Positions 1 through 8,628 of a DNA stretch of 32,000 bases are shown here, piece after piece. The translations under genes were made by a program, and so were the position numbers. The notes below the pieces were generated by a model. The model was not told the DNA's origin. It was given only the letters and a program-made list of their open reading frames with translations, and did not search any database. Origin of the DNA: Cylindrospermopsis raciborskii Cr2010 (GTDB taxonomy: Bacteria; Cyanobacteriota; Cyanobacteriia; Cyanobacteriales; Nostocaceae); the NCBI RefSeq assembly GCF_003367075.2, contig NZ_CP065936.1, positions 90,001 to 122,000 on the forward strand. Direction: 5' to 3'. Position 1 is the stretch's first letter, and the number at the start of each line of letters is the position of its first letter.

Positions 1-511
1 GCTTCTTCTTATAGGTTTTATCAAAGTTTTTTATTAATTCTGCAGCAGGTTTAGTATTCTCTCTATTTTCACTAGCCATAGCTGTAGCAACTTCTTGCCA
101 TTGCATTACTCCTTGACTACCAGTTTTGCTCAAACTATCTGCTAGGGTTTGTTGAAATTGATACTTTACTAAATTTAAATCAGTATAATTATTAGCACTT
201 GCATAAATAAACAAAGCACCTCCCTCTTTTTCTAATTGATGACGAATTCGACTCAAAAGATGAGTTTTACCAACTCCTTGCTGTGCGGTAATGGCAATAG
301 AAGTTATTTTATCTTGACTATGTTTTGTCTGACGAACAAACTCAATGGCTTCAAATATCTTTTTAGAAGCATGCTGGTTTAATGTTGTCACATCAGGAAA
401 TCCTTTACCCCAAATATTCTGTTCTTTAACAATGCCCGCATTGATAAAAGGATTGTGACTATTAATAGCAGCATTGACGGATTCTATGGGCGAACTCGGT
501 GTGTTTGTCAT
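1..511 (-). CDS. P-loop ATPase, N-terminal part (C-terminus beyond the window edge)
   Basis: Open frame on the minus strand from ATG at 511 to base 2 with no stop. Translates as MTNTPSSPIESVNAAINSHNPFINAG...ITSIAITAQQGVGKTHLLSRIRHQLEKEGGALFIYASANNYTDLNLVKYQFQQTLADSL..., with a Walker A-like motif AQQGVGKT. Absent from the ORF track because it runs off the edge. Confidence 0.75.
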   Translation of the reverse strand, partial: MTNTPSSPIESVNAAINSHNPFINAGIVKEQNIWGKGFPDVTTLNQHASKKIFEAIEFVRQTKHSQDKITSIAITAQQGVGKTHLLSRIRHQLEKEGGALFIYASANNYTDLNLVKYQFQQTLADSLSKTGSQGVMQWQEVATAMASENRENTKPAAELIKNFDKTYKKK

Positions 512-594
512 TGTTGTTGTTATGTTTAAGGAATAGGAAACTTCAAAAAGAAAAATGAAGTTCTTGTATTGAGTTAAATTGAGTTGGAAGCATT

Positions 595-1278
595 TTAAAC
601 TAACCGTTTAGCGTAAGACCGCAGTTGAGTTCCGGGAATAAGAATACTGTCTTCCTGTTTATCAGCGGTGAAATCTGGTATTTCCCCGGAAATGAGCTGT
701 AAAATATCATCAGCTTGCATTTCTACTAACCACTGATTGAACTTTCCCCTCTCCACTCTTTCTCCTATTTCTCTTCTCAGTCTATAAATTGGAACTAAGT
801 TGTCAAAATTGTATTGATTATCCAAAAGACTATAAACTTCTAATAATACGGATTTAAATTCCTCATAGGAAGCAATAACCTTACTATTAGTAGATTCACT
901 AGCTTTTATTTCCGGTGTTGATGGTGTTGAGTGGGATTGACGTAGTAAAAGCAATAAAGCATTAGCAACCCAAGCACCAACGTTCTTATCAAATTTAAAT
1001 TCCTTATTAGAGAGTCCATTGTGTAAAGTATTAATACCCACAGGTATGGTGATTGTATAACTAACCGTCGCACCTTTCTTTGTGATGGTAATAGCACCAT
1101 CTGCTTCTAAATGTTCTATTATTTGCTGATAGTCAATCATTCTTTGACCTTTAGAGACTATGCGCTTGCCTAACTGACCTTTGGTTACCTTCTGCTCCCC
1201 TGCTCCTAAATCCCATAATGCCAGTAGCAGTCTGGTCTGAGCATAGTTTCCTTGTAATCCTTGTTTTTTTGAAGCCAT
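595..1278 (-). CDS. Hypothetical protein, possible N-terminal winged-helix domain
   Basis: 227 aa ORF. The N-terminus (TRLLLALWDLG...KGQLGKRIVSKGQRMIDYQQIIEHLEADGAITITKKGATVSYTIT) has the helix-helix-wing pattern of a winged helix. Same strand as the ATPase, 83 bp upstream of it. Confidence 0.7.
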   Translation of the reverse strand: MASKKQGLQGNYAQTRLLLALWDLGAGEQKVTKGQLGKRIVSKGQRMIDYQQIIEHLEADGAITITKKGATVSYTITIPVGINTLHNGLSNKEFKFDKNVGAWVANALLLLLRQSHSTPSTPEIKASESTNSKVIASYEEFKSVLLEVYSLLDNQYNFDNLVPIYRLRREIGERVERGKFNQWLVEMQADDILQLISGEIPDFTADKQEDSILIPGTQLRSYAKRLV

Positions 1279-1397
1279 ACTTCTTAGTTCCTAAACAACT
1301 CTAACAATCTTAACACTTAATGGTACTCTTTTTATTACCAAAATTCACGGGTGAATAACTACCTATCTGAGACTTCCTAACTTTTACTTAGACGCAA

Positions 1398-1847
1398 CTA
1401 CCCCTTGTTTTTAATCAACATAACATCAACAATTTTTGAAGCTACTTCCTCCGATAAGTCTAAAGCTTTATATAAATCACCCAAAAGATCTTCTTCCTCC
1501 TGAGTAACTTCCCCATCTGCTAAAATAAGATCCGAAACCACAGCAAAAGCAGTTTCATGCAAATCACGAGGTAGGGAAGAAACAGCAGATTGAAGAAGAT
1601 TACTAAATCCGTCTCTTTTTATCAAAAACAACAATCTATCAAACAACTTTCGTATCACATCAGTAGAATAACTACGAAATAACTTCATCCTATTTAGCGA
1701 AGCCATTAAACCTAATACCTCTTCATCTGAACAGTATCCATCTGCAGTAATTGAAATAAGGGCAATACCAGCTAAAGCCTCTGCAGGACTCATAACGGTC
1801 TGATTTTCATTACGCAACTGTGAAAAACGATTTCCAAACAAAGCCAT
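1398..1847 (-). CDS. TerB-like (tellurite resistance TerB / DUF533-type) helical protein
   Basis: 149 aa with paired SITADGYCSDEEV and LILADGEVTQEEEDLL motifs typical of TerB-like acidic helix pairs. Confidence 0.65.
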   Translation of the reverse strand: MALFGNRFSQLRNENQTVMSPAEALAGIALISITADGYCSDEEVLGLMASLNRMKLFRSYSTDVIRKLFDRLLFLIKRDGFSNLLQSAVSSLPRDLHETAFAVVSDLILADGEVTQEEEDLLGDLYKALDLSEEVASKIVDVMLIKNKG

Positions 1848-2211
1848 AAGTGCCTCCTACAAGACGTGTTAAATTTAGAACAAAAACGGCTTTTACATCT
1901 AGCGCAAAAATTATACTAGACTTTCACCTAAGTTTCAAAATGACCATAGCAAGTTACATCATCCCGTTACATCTATCTCAAGATAGATATTTAACTCGTT
2001 TAGAGAATAATCTTGAACTTCCAAGGGACTTGTGTAGAAGTGTTTTCTGGTATGTGTTCAATCTAATTAATTTTGTTTAATAATGTTTAAGAATAAGCAA
2101 CTTCTGAGGATCCCAACAAACCACAATTTGGACTGCAAGCGATCGCTTAATGTATATAGTATATAATATAAGTTATTGGCAAAAATGATAAGTAGGGAGG
2201 CACAATTATTT

Positions 2212-2274
2212 GTAGGATGGGTCGAGGAACGAGACCCATGCGGGCGTTGGGTTTCATACTTCAACCCAACCTAC
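2212..2274. repeat. REP/MITE-like compound palindrome
   Basis: Outer GTAGG (2212-2216) / CCTAC (2270-2274) encloses two perfect hairpins: ATGGGTC (2217-2223)/GACCCAT (2233-2239) and GTTGGGTT (2246-2253)/AACCCAAC (2263-2270). Confidence 0.7.
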
Positions 2275-2307
2275 GTTTTAAAATACCAAGCAGGAGTGCA
2301 AATGTGA

Positions 2308-3660
2308 TTAGGGGTAAGAATATTGTTCAATGGTCAAATTTATAGGAGCATTTGGTCCGGTAACTAGCCCCCGTCTTTTTGGTTTAACTTCCTGGGTATT
2401 AACTAATTTCATTGACCATGTTTTTAAAACTTTTGCCAATATCAATTTCATTTCCATTTGGGCAAAAGCTAAACCCACACAACGCCTAGAACCGCCACCA
2501 AAAGGTAGAAATTGATAAGGTGAAAATTGTTTTTCTAAAAAGCGTTCTGGTTTGAATTTTTCTGGCTCGGGATAAATATCTTCCCGATGATGAACTAAGT
2601 AAATTGAACCTAGAAGAATTGTTCCAGGTTCAAGTTGATAACCACCCAAAGAAATAGGTTCTTTAACCATTCTGGGAAAAGTTAACATTCCCACGGGATG
2701 AATCCTTAATGTTTCATTACAAACCGCAGTTAAATATGGCAATTTAAAAACAGCACTGGAATCATAATTTTCTTCTAAAGAATCCAATTCTGCCAATAAC
2801 TTTTCTCTAACTTCCGGGAGTTTGTGAATCCAGTAAAAAGCCCAAGAAATAGCTGTAGCGGTAGTTTCGTGACCCGCGACTAATAACGTCATTAATTCAT
2901 CTTTTAATTCTACATCAGTCATGGGTTGATTATTTTCATCTCTAGCAGACATAAGTAAATTAAGAATATCTGTCCGCTGAGGATCAAAATTTTCTCTTCT
3001 TTCTTTAATTTCCTGATAAATTAGTTGATCAGCTTGTTCTTTTTTCTGAATGTGTCGTTTCCAAATTTCCGATACCCCAAAGATCTCTTTCAATTTAGGA
3101 AGATAGAGAAAACTCACCCGCAAAGGACTGCTAGCCTGTTCTAAAAGTTCACACAGTAAATATTTAAGTTTTAATGCTCGTTCTCCTTCATAAATGCCAA
3201 AAACAGCTTCTATCATTACTTGAAGAGTGATATCTTGGGTAATATTCCTAACATTGAAAAATTGATTTTTTTCTTGTTGAGCAAAAACCTTTGTGGTAAT
3301 ATTTTCAATTAATTTTGAATAAGTTCTCATTCTTTCTCCATGAAAAGGAGGCATAATTAATTGACGCTCACGTTGATGTGCCTTACCACTAAGAGTAATA
3401 ACAGAATTTTTGCCCAATAAATATTCAAAAATGCTATTTAACTCCCCCGGTGCTTCCAATTCTTTTTGATCATTACTTAACATCTGCTGTATGGCTTCCG
3501 GAGAATGAACAAATATCAGTGGTGGTAAATCACTTTGTAGTTTTAGAGCAAACAAATCTCCGTATTTTTTAGCACACTCTACCATATAAGGCATAGGCCT
3601 GAATATCCAGTTTAGGACTTGAATAGTAGATAATGTTTTCGGTCCTGGTAGTATTTGCAT
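2308..3660 (-). CDS. Cytochrome P450 (CYP110-like)
   Basis: 450 aa; heme-ligand motif FLPFGGGSRRCVGLAFAQMEM, I-helix AGHETTATAISWAFYW, and ETLRIHP (ExxR). Confidence 0.93.
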   Translation of the reverse strand: MQILPGPKTLSTIQVLNWIFRPMPYMVECAKKYGDLFALKLQSDLPPLIFVHSPEAIQQMLSNDQKELEAPGELNSIFEYLLGKNSVITLSGKAHQRERQLIMPPFHGERMRTYSKLIENITTKVFAQQEKNQFFNVRNITQDITLQVMIEAVFGIYEGERALKLKYLLCELLEQASSPLRVSFLYLPKLKEIFGVSEIWKRHIQKKEQADQLIYQEIKERRENFDPQRTDILNLLMSARDENNQPMTDVELKDELMTLLVAGHETTATAISWAFYWIHKLPEVREKLLAELDSLEENYDSSAVFKLPYLTAVCNETLRIHPVGMLTFPRMVKEPISLGGYQLEPGTILLGSIYLVHHREDIYPEPEKFKPERFLEKQFSPYQFLPFGGGSRRCVGLAFAQMEMKLILAKVLKTWSMKLVNTQEVKPKRRGLVTGPNAPINLTIEQYSYP

Positions 3661-3816
3661 AACTTTATCCCGTTTTGACTATTAGGATTATAAGAGATGC
3701 GATCGCTTTTATTTTTAGTCTAAACTCCAGTGATAAGAAAAAATTATATTTATGAGGGGATGAGATAAGTTTTTTTGTGGTCGAAGCGATAAAAATGTGG
3801 TACTATGAGGGTTAAG

Positions 3817-3822
3817 TATAAT
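3817..3822 (+). promoter_or_regulatory. Possible -10 element (TATAAT) upstream of rnc
   Basis: Exact TATAAT about 280 nt before the rnc start; no convincing -35. Confidence 0.3.
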
Positions 3823-3890
3823 CGAGTGTAAGCATCTGTAAAAAAAGTGAATAGGTTCCCATTATGAGGGTATCATGTTCAAGGTTCAAT

Positions 3891-4014
3891 AGTCAACCCC
3901 CAGCATTGAGAAAAAAAATCGGCGCGTGGGTATATAGATATGCTCAGATAGCTCTTTATTGATCGAGCGTAAAACCCCATCCCCTTGTAGGTGGGGATGT
4001 AAGCGCGGTTGACT
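3891..4014 (+). promoter_or_regulatory. Structured intergenic / leader element upstream of rnc
   Basis: Perfect 8-nt inverted repeat AGTCAACC (3891-3898) / GGTTGACT (4007-4014) enclosing hairpin CATCCCC (3978-3984) / GGGGATG (3993-3999) and a short GCTC/GAGC stem. Confidence 0.5.
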
Positions 4015-4030
4015 GTTTAAATCATTAGTA

Positions 4031-4049
4031 TTGGGTTTTCTCAACCCAA
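4031..4049. repeat. Small palindrome TTGGGTT-TTCTC-AACCCAA
   Basis: Perfect 7-bp arms 4031-4037 / 4043-4049, core shared with the elements at 2246 and 7266. Confidence 0.55.
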
Positions 4050-4098
4050 GGTAGATTATATTTATAATTTTTTATATAATTTTTTAATTGTAGAAAAA

Positions 4099-4785
4099 AT
4101 GCATAAACTTCTGATATTTAAAAATGAGAAGCTAGTCCGTCAAGCATTAACTCATCGTTCCTATGCTAACGAAAATCCAACTGAGGGAGACCATAACGAG
4201 AGATTGGAATTCTTGGGGGATGCCATTCTTAATTTTATTAGTGGAGAGTATCTCTATTCTCGTTATCCACAAAAAGGTGAAGATGAACTGACTCGTCGAC
4301 GCTCTGCATTGGTGGAAGAAAAACAGCTGGCTAAGTTTGCCCTGGAAGTTGGTTTAAATCTGAAAATGCGCCTGGGCAAAGGTACTATTCAAGATGGCGG
4401 TTACCAAAATCCTAATCTTCTTAGTAGTACATTTGAAGCTGTCATTGGAGCTTACTATTTAGACAATAACTGTAATATAGAAGCAGTTAAAGTTGCAGTT
4501 GAACCTCTGTTTGATTTTGTGTCACAACATACTATTGAATCCCGTTATAATGTAGATTCTAAAAATCGCTTTCAAGAATGGGTACAAAAAAAATTATGTG
4601 CAAATCCACCTAAATATAAAACTCAACAAATAGGCGGATCCCCCCATCTACCAGAATTTGCTTCTAGAGTTTTAGTAGATGGTAAAGAGTTTGGTCAAGG
4701 TAAGGGTAAAAATAAAAAAGACGCAGAAAAAGCTGCAGCAGAAGATGCGATCGCTCGTTTACAAAGAGAGGGTTTATTTTCATAG
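4099..4785 (+). CDS. rnc: Ribonuclease III
   Basis: 228 aa; RNase III signature NERLEFLGDAIL and a C-terminal double-stranded RNA-binding domain (NRFQEWVQKK...GKGKNKKDAEKAAAEDAI). Confidence 0.95.
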   Translation: MHKLLIFKNEKLVRQALTHRSYANENPTEGDHNERLEFLGDAILNFISGEYLYSRYPQKGEDELTRRRSALVEEKQLAKFALEVGLNLKMRLGKGTIQDGGYQNPNLLSSTFEAVIGAYYLDNNCNIEAVKVAVEPLFDFVSQHTIESRYNVDSKNRFQEWVQKKLCANPPKYKTQQIGGSPHLPEFASRVLVDGKEFGQGKGKNKKDAEKAAAEDAIARLQREGLFS

Positions 4786-4825
4786 AGAAATAATCTATAC
4801 ATAACTTATATCAATATTTTCCCTC

Positions 4826-4853
4826 TTGACTTTCCTCATACTTGATGTAATAG
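4826..4853 (+). promoter_or_regulatory. Candidate sigma70-type promoter upstream of the riboswitch
   Basis: TTGACT (4826-4831), 16 nt, TAATAG (4848-4853), ending 16 nt before the aptamer. Confidence 0.4.
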
Positions 4854-4868
4854 TGTTACAAGTTGTGA

Positions 4869-5003
4869 TTGGGTAGCCTAATTCGGATCCATAAAAGGTG
4901 GGTTTGAAGCGGAGGAACCATGTATTTGGGGCAAATCGTAATTGAGAGACACCTTCCAGTCTTAGCCCGTCAGCTAACTCCGTCGGCAATGGAAGGAACC
5001 TCC
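4869..5003 (+). promoter_or_regulatory. c-di-AMP riboswitch (ydaO/yuaA class)
   Basis: Ordered conserved blocks: GCCTAATTCGG...GCGGAGGAACC...TTTGGGGCAAATC...ACCTTCCAG...AGCCCGTCAGCTAACTCCGTCGGCAATGGAAGGAACCTCC. These match my recollection of the ydaO aptamer core (GCCGAAUCCG / CGGAGGAACCG / UUUGGGGUUAAUC / ACCUUCUG / CAGCUAACUCCG-GGCAAU-AAGGAAGG). Confidence 0.87.
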
Positions 5004-5231
5004 AAAATGTAAGCTGTTATACCAGTTATTATTGAGGTTTCTTTAGTCAGTTTGTAATTTATTAGACGCTTTGTGATGGAACAAGTTTGTTAATCATCCG
5101 GAGTGGGATTAGTATGAATCCAGTATGTGGTGGGGGCATGTAGATTTCCAGCATATAGGAGCTAATAATATTTCAAATTGTTATCCCTGCTTATCATTCC
5201 TATTTAGTTTCCAGCGGGAGTAATTAGAACT

Positions 5232-5882
5232 GTGAAAATTAAGCCGTTATTAGCACGACTAGAGAGTGCTATTGGTCGACCTGACCTAATTGACCAGATG
5301 TTACTGATACCAAGTGGCAAGGAGTGCGATAATGATAAGTATTCAGCCATTAGGCCCATCAGGTTAATGGTAGGTTATGATGGATCTCCTAATAGTCATA
5401 CAGCATTAGATATAGCCTTTTGCATAGCCCATCAAACTCATCTAGCATCAAAAATAGAAGTTAAAGTTGAAGCTGTTTACGTATCAGAGGAGCAGATAAT
5501 TAATAACTTGGGTAATAATCCCGATGATATTTATTTTCATCATCGATTAGAATCACCCAAAAAGTCGGTGGAAGTAGAGAGTACGGGCTCAAAATTGTCC
5601 GTATTGGAAACCATGTTAAAAACCATAGTATTGACACAATCAAAGACAGAAGAAGCAGATAAAATTTTGTGGCAAGCCAGAAATTTAGCTCGGGAATGGC
5701 AAAGTTATTTCAAATCCCATTTACGATTTGGCAATCTGTGTACAGAACTGCGAAAAGTTGTAGAATTAGAAAGTGCTGATGCCCTATTTTTAGGTTGTCA
5801 ATCCATTAATCATCCCTTAATTGAGAGATTAGACAATAATTTTCCTTGTCCTGTATTGGGCATTCCCAAATGTCTTGATTAG
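5232..5882 (+). CDS. Universal stress protein (UspA)-like protein
   Basis: 216 aa; MVGYDGSPNSHTALDIAFCIA...KIEVKVEAVYV at the start and ESADALFLGCQS...FPCPVLGIP at the end match the Usp alpha/beta fold. Confidence 0.8.
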   Translation: MKIKPLLARLESAIGRPDLIDQMLLIPSGKECDNDKYSAIRPIRLMVGYDGSPNSHTALDIAFCIAHQTHLASKIEVKVEAVYVSEEQIINNLGNNPDDIYFHHRLESPKKSVEVESTGSKLSVLETMLKTIVLTQSKTEEADKILWQARNLAREWQSYFKSHLRFGNLCTELRKVVELESADALFLGCQSINHPLIERLDNNFPCPVLGIPKCLD

Positions 5883-5920
5883 GAAGTGGTCGGGTGGAAT
5901 TAAATATAAGGGGAATTACC

Positions 5921-7258
5921 ATGGAAAATTGGCAAGCTGTTGTAAGTGTTATCACTTTTGTTGCGGTCATTTTGGCCATCACGGTTGAATTGCTCGATCT
6001 AACCGTAGCAGCTCTATTAGGGGCATTGGTTCTAGTATTTACCAACATCATGAGCTTGGGGGAAGCAGTTGGTTATATTGGCAAAAGCCATAGCACATTG
6101 GGGTTATTCTTTGGTGTAATGGTGTTAGTCCGATCCTTTGAACCGACTAATATCTTCAGCTATATAGCTACACAAATTGTCATTCTTGCTCAAGGTAGTG
6201 GTAGAAAATTATTATTAGGTATAGTATTACTAGTTACACCTATCTGTGCGTTTTTGCCTAACGCTACAACGGTAATGTTATTAGCTCCATTAATCCCACC
6301 CATGGCGGAGGAAATAGGTGTAAATTTCGTACCTCTGTTAATTTTAATGGTTTTTGTGGCTAATAGTTCTGGATTGTTAACTTTAGTGGGAGATCCAGCC
6401 ACCTTTATTGTTGGTGATGCTGTCAATATCAGCTTTATAGATTATTTGACCCAGTTAAGTTTAGGTGGGGCCATTGCGGTGATTACTGTAGTAGTAACTT
6501 TACCTATTCTATTTAGAAAAATTTGGCGAACCAATCTAGAGAATCTAGCTGAATTACCCCATCCTCAGATCAATCACCCACGGGTTCTAATGTTAGGTGC
6601 TGTTATTGTCGCTTTTGTATTGATATTCTTTATCATTGGCGACTATTTACCAATACCTATTTCCCCTGCTGCAGTAGCTTTATTAGGAGCCACCCTAGCT
6701 TTGCTACTGGCCCATAAAACTCGCATTGACTCGGTTCATAACATCCTGCGAGATGTAGACTGGGGTACTTTAATCTTTTTCATGAGCATTTTCGTTTTGA
6801 TTGGGGGACTAGATAAAACCGGTGTAATTAACAGCTTATCAGGGATTTTAAGTATTATTCTAGGCAAAAATATTTTATTTGCTTCCCTACTTGTATTATT
6901 CGTTGTTGGTGCATTGTCAAGCGTTATTCCCAATATTCCTCTAGTGGTAGCAATGGTCCCCATGATAAAACAATATATTGTCAATGTAGGGTTAGCACCA
7001 GCAGCTGTTTTAGCTACCGACTTTCAAGGAAAATTTCCCCCAGAGGTCTTACCTTTATTTTATGCTATGATGTTTGGTGCAACTTTAGGTGGTAATGGCA
7101 CTTTAGTGGGAGCATCATCTAATATTGTTGCTGCTGGTATTGCAGAACAGCATGGCAAAAGAATCTCTTTCAAGACCTTTTTGCACTATGGAATTCCCAT
7201 CACTATATTACAACTTATTACTGCTGCTTTATACGTTTTAGTGAGATTTTTATTGTAG
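5921..7258 (+). CDS. SLC13/ArsB-NhaD superfamily ion transporter (permease)
   Basis: ORF track 5894-7258; MENWQAVVS at 5921 is the likelier start. Two-fold pattern of hydrophobic helices with LPNATTVMLLAPLI, NSSGLLTLVGDPATF and SSVIPNIPLVVAMVP...GGNGTLVGASSNIVAAGIAE, as in the ion transporter superfamily. Confidence 0.87.
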   Translation: MENWQAVVSVITFVAVILAITVELLDLTVAALLGALVLVFTNIMSLGEAVGYIGKSHSTLGLFFGVMVLVRSFEPTNIFSYIATQIVILAQGSGRKLLLGIVLLVTPICAFLPNATTVMLLAPLIPPMAEEIGVNFVPLLILMVFVANSSGLLTLVGDPATFIVGDAVNISFIDYLTQLSLGGAIAVITVVVTLPILFRKIWRTNLENLAELPHPQINHPRVLMLGAVIVAFVLIFFIIGDYLPIPISPAAVALLGATLALLLAHKTRIDSVHNILRDVDWGTLIFFMSIFVLIGGLDKTGVINSLSGILSIILGKNILFASLLVLFVVGALSSVIPNIPLVVAMVPMIKQYIVNVGLAPAAVLATDFQGKFPPEVLPLFYAMMFGATLGGNGTLVGASSNIVAAGIAEQHGKRISFKTFLHYGIPITILQLITAALYVLVRFLL

Positions 7259-7262
7259 TTCG

Positions 7263-7293
7263 TAGGTTGGGTGGACGACAGGAAACCCAACAC
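7263..7293. repeat. REP-like palindrome
   Basis: GTTGGGT (7266-7272) / ACCCAAC (7285-7291), starting 8 nt after the transporter stop codon; same core as the 2212-2274 element. Confidence 0.6.
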
Positions 7294-7325
7294 CAATGAT
7301 TTAAACAAAAAAGGATTCTACTCTT

Positions 7326-8552
7326 ATGGTAAATGACAGACAAAGGACAGAATCTGCAGATGTAAGTATGGAGGAATTTGGGCATTTATTGAAACGCTCA
7401 ATATTGATGACTGGACTAATCGTACTTGTGACAGGCTGCTCCAATTTAAACAGCAGAAATCTCACACCACAAAAAATCAACCCTCAAGTTGAATCAACCA
7501 CCAAGTCCAACACTGTGGTAGTAGCTGGTGGTGATCCTAATTTTATTGTTCAAGTAGTGCAAAAAGTGGGTAGTGCGGTTGTCCGTATTGACTCTGCCAG
7601 AACTGTTACCTCCCAAGTACCAGGAGAGTTTTCCGACCCATTCTTACGTAGATTTTTTGGTGATGCTCTTCCCCGACCAGAACAGAGGGTAGAAAGAGGT
7701 AGTGGTTCAGGATTTATCATTAATGCCTCCGGTCAAATTTTAACTAATTCCCACGTGGTAGACGGTGCGGATCAGGTAACAGTAACCCTGAAAGATGGGC
7801 GTAGTTTTGATGGTAAGGTGTTGGGGGAAGATGCAGTTACGGACGTGGCAGTTATACAAATTAATGCTCAAAATCTACCCACTTTAACTTTAGGTAATTC
7901 CAGTGACTTACAACCTGGAGAAGCAGTAATTGCTATTGGTAATCCCCTGGGTTTAAATAATACCGTAACTTCGGGCATCATCAGCGCCACAGATCGGTCT
8001 AGTACTGACATTGGTGCTAGCGATAAACGGGTAGATTACTTACAAACTGATGCAGCGATTAATCCAGGTAATTCCGGTGGTCCGCTTTTAAATGCTCGCG
8101 GAGAAGCTATAGGCATGAACACTGCGATTATTCAAGGTGCTCAAGGTTTAGGTTTTGCTATTCCCATTAACACGGTCAAAAAAATTGCCCAAGAATTAAT
8201 TGCCAATGGTCGCGTTGATCATCCTTATTTGGGAGTAGAAATGATCACCCTCACTCCTGAGATTAAAGATAGAATAGTTAGTAGATTTGGTGATAGAGTC
8301 AATATTATTACTGATAAAGGAGTATTCTTAGTTAGAATTGTTCCTCAATCACCAGCAGCGCGGGGAGGATTGAGAGCAGGGGATATAATTAAGAGTATTA
8401 ACAAACAATTAATTACTAAAGTTGAAGAAGTGCAAAAAATAGTAGAAAATAGTCAAATTGGAACTCCTCTGACAATAGAAGTGGAGCGTAATGGTACAAC
8501 TGTAAATTTAGCTGTTGAGCCAGGATCTTTACCGATAAGATCCCGAAGATAG
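7326..8552 (+). CDS. HtrA/DegQ-family serine protease with PDZ domain, putative lipoprotein
   Basis: 408 aa; lipobox-like LVTGC; catalytic contexts TNSHVVDGAD, TDVAV and NPGNSGGPLLN; C-terminal PDZ (YLGVEMITLTPE...RGGLRAGDIIKSINKQ). Confidence 0.92.
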   Translation: MVNDRQRTESADVSMEEFGHLLKRSILMTGLIVLVTGCSNLNSRNLTPQKINPQVESTTKSNTVVVAGGDPNFIVQVVQKVGSAVVRIDSARTVTSQVPGEFSDPFLRRFFGDALPRPEQRVERGSGSGFIINASGQILTNSHVVDGADQVTVTLKDGRSFDGKVLGEDAVTDVAVIQINAQNLPTLTLGNSSDLQPGEAVIAIGNPLGLNNTVTSGIISATDRSSTDIGASDKRVDYLQTDAAINPGNSGGPLLNARGEAIGMNTAIIQGAQGLGFAIPINTVKKIAQELIANGRVDHPYLGVEMITLTPEIKDRIVSRFGDRVNIITDKGVFLVRIVPQSPAARGGLRAGDIIKSINKQLITKVEEVQKIVENSQIGTPLTIEVERNGTTVNLAVEPGSLPIRSRR

Positions 8553-8628
8553 TTTTCCAGCATGGGCTTAAATAACATGCTATACTACTGAGTAGAGTAA
8601 TTAATAGTAGGAAATAGGAAGTTAAAAT

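Noticed and set aside
1850-2264. ORFs 1850-2080 (+) and 2067-2264 (-)
   Set aside because: Low-support ORFs in an AT-rich intergenic region; the second overlaps the compound palindrome.
4795-4989. 64-aa minus-strand ORF
   Set aside because: It overlaps the c-di-AMP riboswitch antisense and has no recognisable domain; chance ORF.
5894-5920. Upstream start of the transporter ORF (MELNIRGIT)
   Set aside because: It is a short non-conserved-looking extension; MENWQAVVS at 5921 begins directly before the first transmembrane segment.
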